Shown here one piece after another: positions 61,522 to 64,000 of a stretch of DNA of 64,000 bases. The stretch is from Azolla caroliniana. Its lineage: Eukaryota > Plantae > Polypodiophyta. Each line of letters starts with the position of its first letter. Positions within the stretch are counted from its first letter, which is position 1. The translations under genes and the position numbers were made by a program. The notes under the pieces were generated by a model, which ran no database searches, was not told where the DNA came from, and saw only the letters and a list, made by a program, of their open reading frames with translations. The stretch lies in assembly GCA_043228905.1 (NCBI GenBank), contig JBHGNT010000012.1:1240001-1304000 (forward strand). The letters are read 5' to 3'.

Positions 61522-64000
61522 CAAGAAAGAAGAGTGCGTGTATTGCAAGGAGAAGCAACATGTGTCACACCTAGTGGCGCATGTAAACTAGTACTACCCG
61601 ACAAGAAGCACAAGCACCGGATACAAGAATTCGAGAAGATGCTGAAAGAAGAGAACATAATAGAAGAAGGGGAGTTCGTGACTCATATTATGGAAGAAGC
61701 CTCATTTAACGACACCATCGGTGATATCGAGGACGTCGTGGACTTGAGCTATCTTCACAACCAATGCGTGATTTCGGTTAACTCCGTCAACATGTATGCT
61801 ATCATCGATGAATACCGTCGTGGCATCTCGATGAAGGAAGTTGACATCAACACGAAATATAAAACGGTGGATAAGAAGATCAAGCCAGTTGTGGTTCCGC
61901 TACCGGAAGATAGCTGGCAAAAGATGAAGGAAGTCGCTAACGATCCAAGCTTAAGAGATCCGAAGAAGATAGGTCATGACTTTACCAAAGAGACGAAGGG
62001 GAAGCTACGAGTTGGAAAGGAGGATTTCCTTCTCCCTGAAGAGGAGCGAATGTTTCGCGATATGCTTGAGAGACATGGGAAGGTTTTCTCATTTTTCCCA
62101 CGAGAAATCGGATGCGCCGACCCAAAGGTTATAGAGGCAATGGTGATCTTCACGGTGCCTCATGTGCCTTGGAATTTGAAACCGATACCGGTTCCGAGAG
62201 CACACCTTCCGAAGCTGATCGAGCTCTTAAAGGAGAAGGTGAGTATGGGAATTCTAGAACCGTCGAATGCTCCTTATTCCAATAGGTGGTTCACGGTGCC
62301 GAAGAAGAACGAATCATTGCGATTCATCCAAGATCTTCAACCCGTCAACAAGGTGACAATTCGAAATGCCGGAATTGGTCCGAGCGTGGACGAATTTGCC
62401 GAAGCGTTTGCGGGCCGGTCCATCTACTCCATTGGCGATCTGTACTCCGGATATGACCAATTCCAGTTGGCGATCGACAGTCGGGACATTACAACCATGA
62501 GGACTCCGATCGGGCTTGTGCGGATGTGTACCTTACCCCAAGGCACAACGAACTCGGTGGCTCATATGGTGAATGCCATGAATAAAGTCTTGAAGTATTG
62601 CATTCCGGACATCACGATGCCATTCTTGGATGATATTCCGATAAAAGGATGTTCGGATGAGGAGAAAGATGAATCGAAAGATAAGGAAGGTTGTAGAAAG
62701 TTCGTTGCGGATCATATGAAAGATTGCGAGAAGGTGCTTCAAAGGCTCGAAGATGCGAATTTGACATTTTCGGGAGAAAAATCTGCATTCGGGCAACCGG
62801 AGATCTTGGTGGTAGGTCACTTGTGTGGAGCATACGGCCGGAAGCCCTCGCCATCCAAAGTGAACGCAATCCAAGACATGAAAGAAGAATGCGAAAACCA
62901 AACGGAGGTTCGAAGGTTCCTTGGAGCGTGCGCGTTTTATCATATATGGATTCCTCACTACGCTCATGTCGCCGAACCATTATATGGACTACTAAAGGAA
63001 AGAATAAAGTTCGAATGGCGAGACGAGCACACAGAGGCGATGCGAAGATTAAAGAAACTGCTCCTTGAAGCTCCGGCACTAAGGAAGGCCGACTATGCCA
63101 AAGGGAAACCAATTTATGTGACCGTAGATACGAGCCCAACCGGAATCGGGTGGGTCATCAATCAAGAAGGTGAAGATAATGCGCGATATGCCGTCCGGTT
63201 CGGAGCAAAGGTTCTCAACGAACGGCAACAGAGATATGCCCAAGTCAAGCGGGAACTTTGGGGTATTGTGTCGGCAGTGAAGACGAACAAAGATTACCTG
63301 ATCGGATCAGAAGTGATAATAGAGACAGATTGTCTCCCAATTCTCGGAATGGTCTCGGGATGTGCGACCCCAGATCTTGCTATGCTAAGGTGGATCGCCT
63401 ACATCAAGTCTTTAAACCCGGAGATCCGTCACATCGCAGGGAAGAAGAACGCCATGGCTGACATGCTGTCGAGGGCAAGATTTTCAAATGGAAGTAACAT
63501 GGTTTCGGAAGATGAAGATGTCGCCCTCGACTTCTTCAAGATGGCTCGATTGTCGGCGGAAGACCAGGACACGCAAACCCTCCACGCCTTCAACGAGAAC
63601 GAGTACGAAGGAGAATGGTTACTCATCGGTAGATTCCTAAGAACATTGACGACAGATGCTTCGTTGACAAAGGAGGAGGCCCTACGAATCCGAAAGAAAG
63701 CTTACCGATACTTCTTGAAGGGAGGATTCCTTTGGCGACATCCAAAAAGAAGGACAGGAATACCACGTCGAGTGGTGGTAAAGAAAGAAGAGCAAGAGAC
63801 GCTGATGACCGAATTCCACGAGAGTGCTTGGGCAGGTCATAGAGGAACATGGGCGACGTTCGAAAAGTTGAAGGAGAAGTAATGGTGGCCAAGCATGTAC
63901 AAAGATGTACTCCATTTCGTGTCCACATGCGAAACTTGCCAAGTATATTCAAATATACGTCATCGTGATGAGTTAAAGCCGACATACCCACTCACCATTC
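61459..64000 (+). CDS. G3 pol (RT-RNase H-integrase N-part); premature TAA at 63880-63882; truncated by the window edge
   Basis: GDLYSGYDQ, LPQGTTNS, PFLDDIPIKG, VTVDTS, VKRELW, IETDCLP, HESAWAGH..CETC. Confidence 0.9.

Larger units (their letters stand above)
57519..64000 (+). mobile_element. Gypsy G3 (distinct family, same lineage); 5' LTR 57519-58558; runs off the right edge
   Basis: 12-bp terminal IR TGTCGTGAAGAT/ATCTTCACGACA; Trp PBS; gag-PR then pol. Confidence 0.92.

Overview
Transposon-dominated plant genomic DNA, not prokaryotic: GT-AG introns, nested LTR retrotransposons, and many CGA>TGA / CAG>TAG stops. The host is probably a non-seed land plant, inferred from Tcn1-like and Phygy/Selgy-like Ty3/gypsy and RTE-X-like LINE content. 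Left to right: (1) the right part of a Mutator-like DNA transposon (1-7124) carrying a C2H2/Ulp1-protease gene and a transposase with an unusual integrase-type HHCC N-terminus; (2) three exons of an XRN pseudogene; (3) a nearly full-length minus-strand LINE interrupted by a solo gypsy LTR; (4) a hAT MITE, then a chimeric CCS-dUTPase pseudogene; (5) decayed Tcn1-like and CACTA remnants; (6) the only intact host gene, an intronless carboxylesterase (24755-25858, minus); (7) a 35-kb nest of Tnt1/Tork-like copia elements (tRNA-iMet PBS, 5-bp TSDs) and Phygy/Selgy-like gypsy elements (tRNA-Trp PBS, 4-bp TSDs). Main signals to follow up: tRNA-like A/B-box modules inside gypsy LTRs next to a shared RY-repeat/TATA module; a conserved GGAUUUU slippery site plus covarying pseudoknot placing a -1 frameshift after the protease; CpG-centred gypsy target sites; and strong CCGG enrichment in the copia family they insert into. 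All calls are from manual reading with no database searches.
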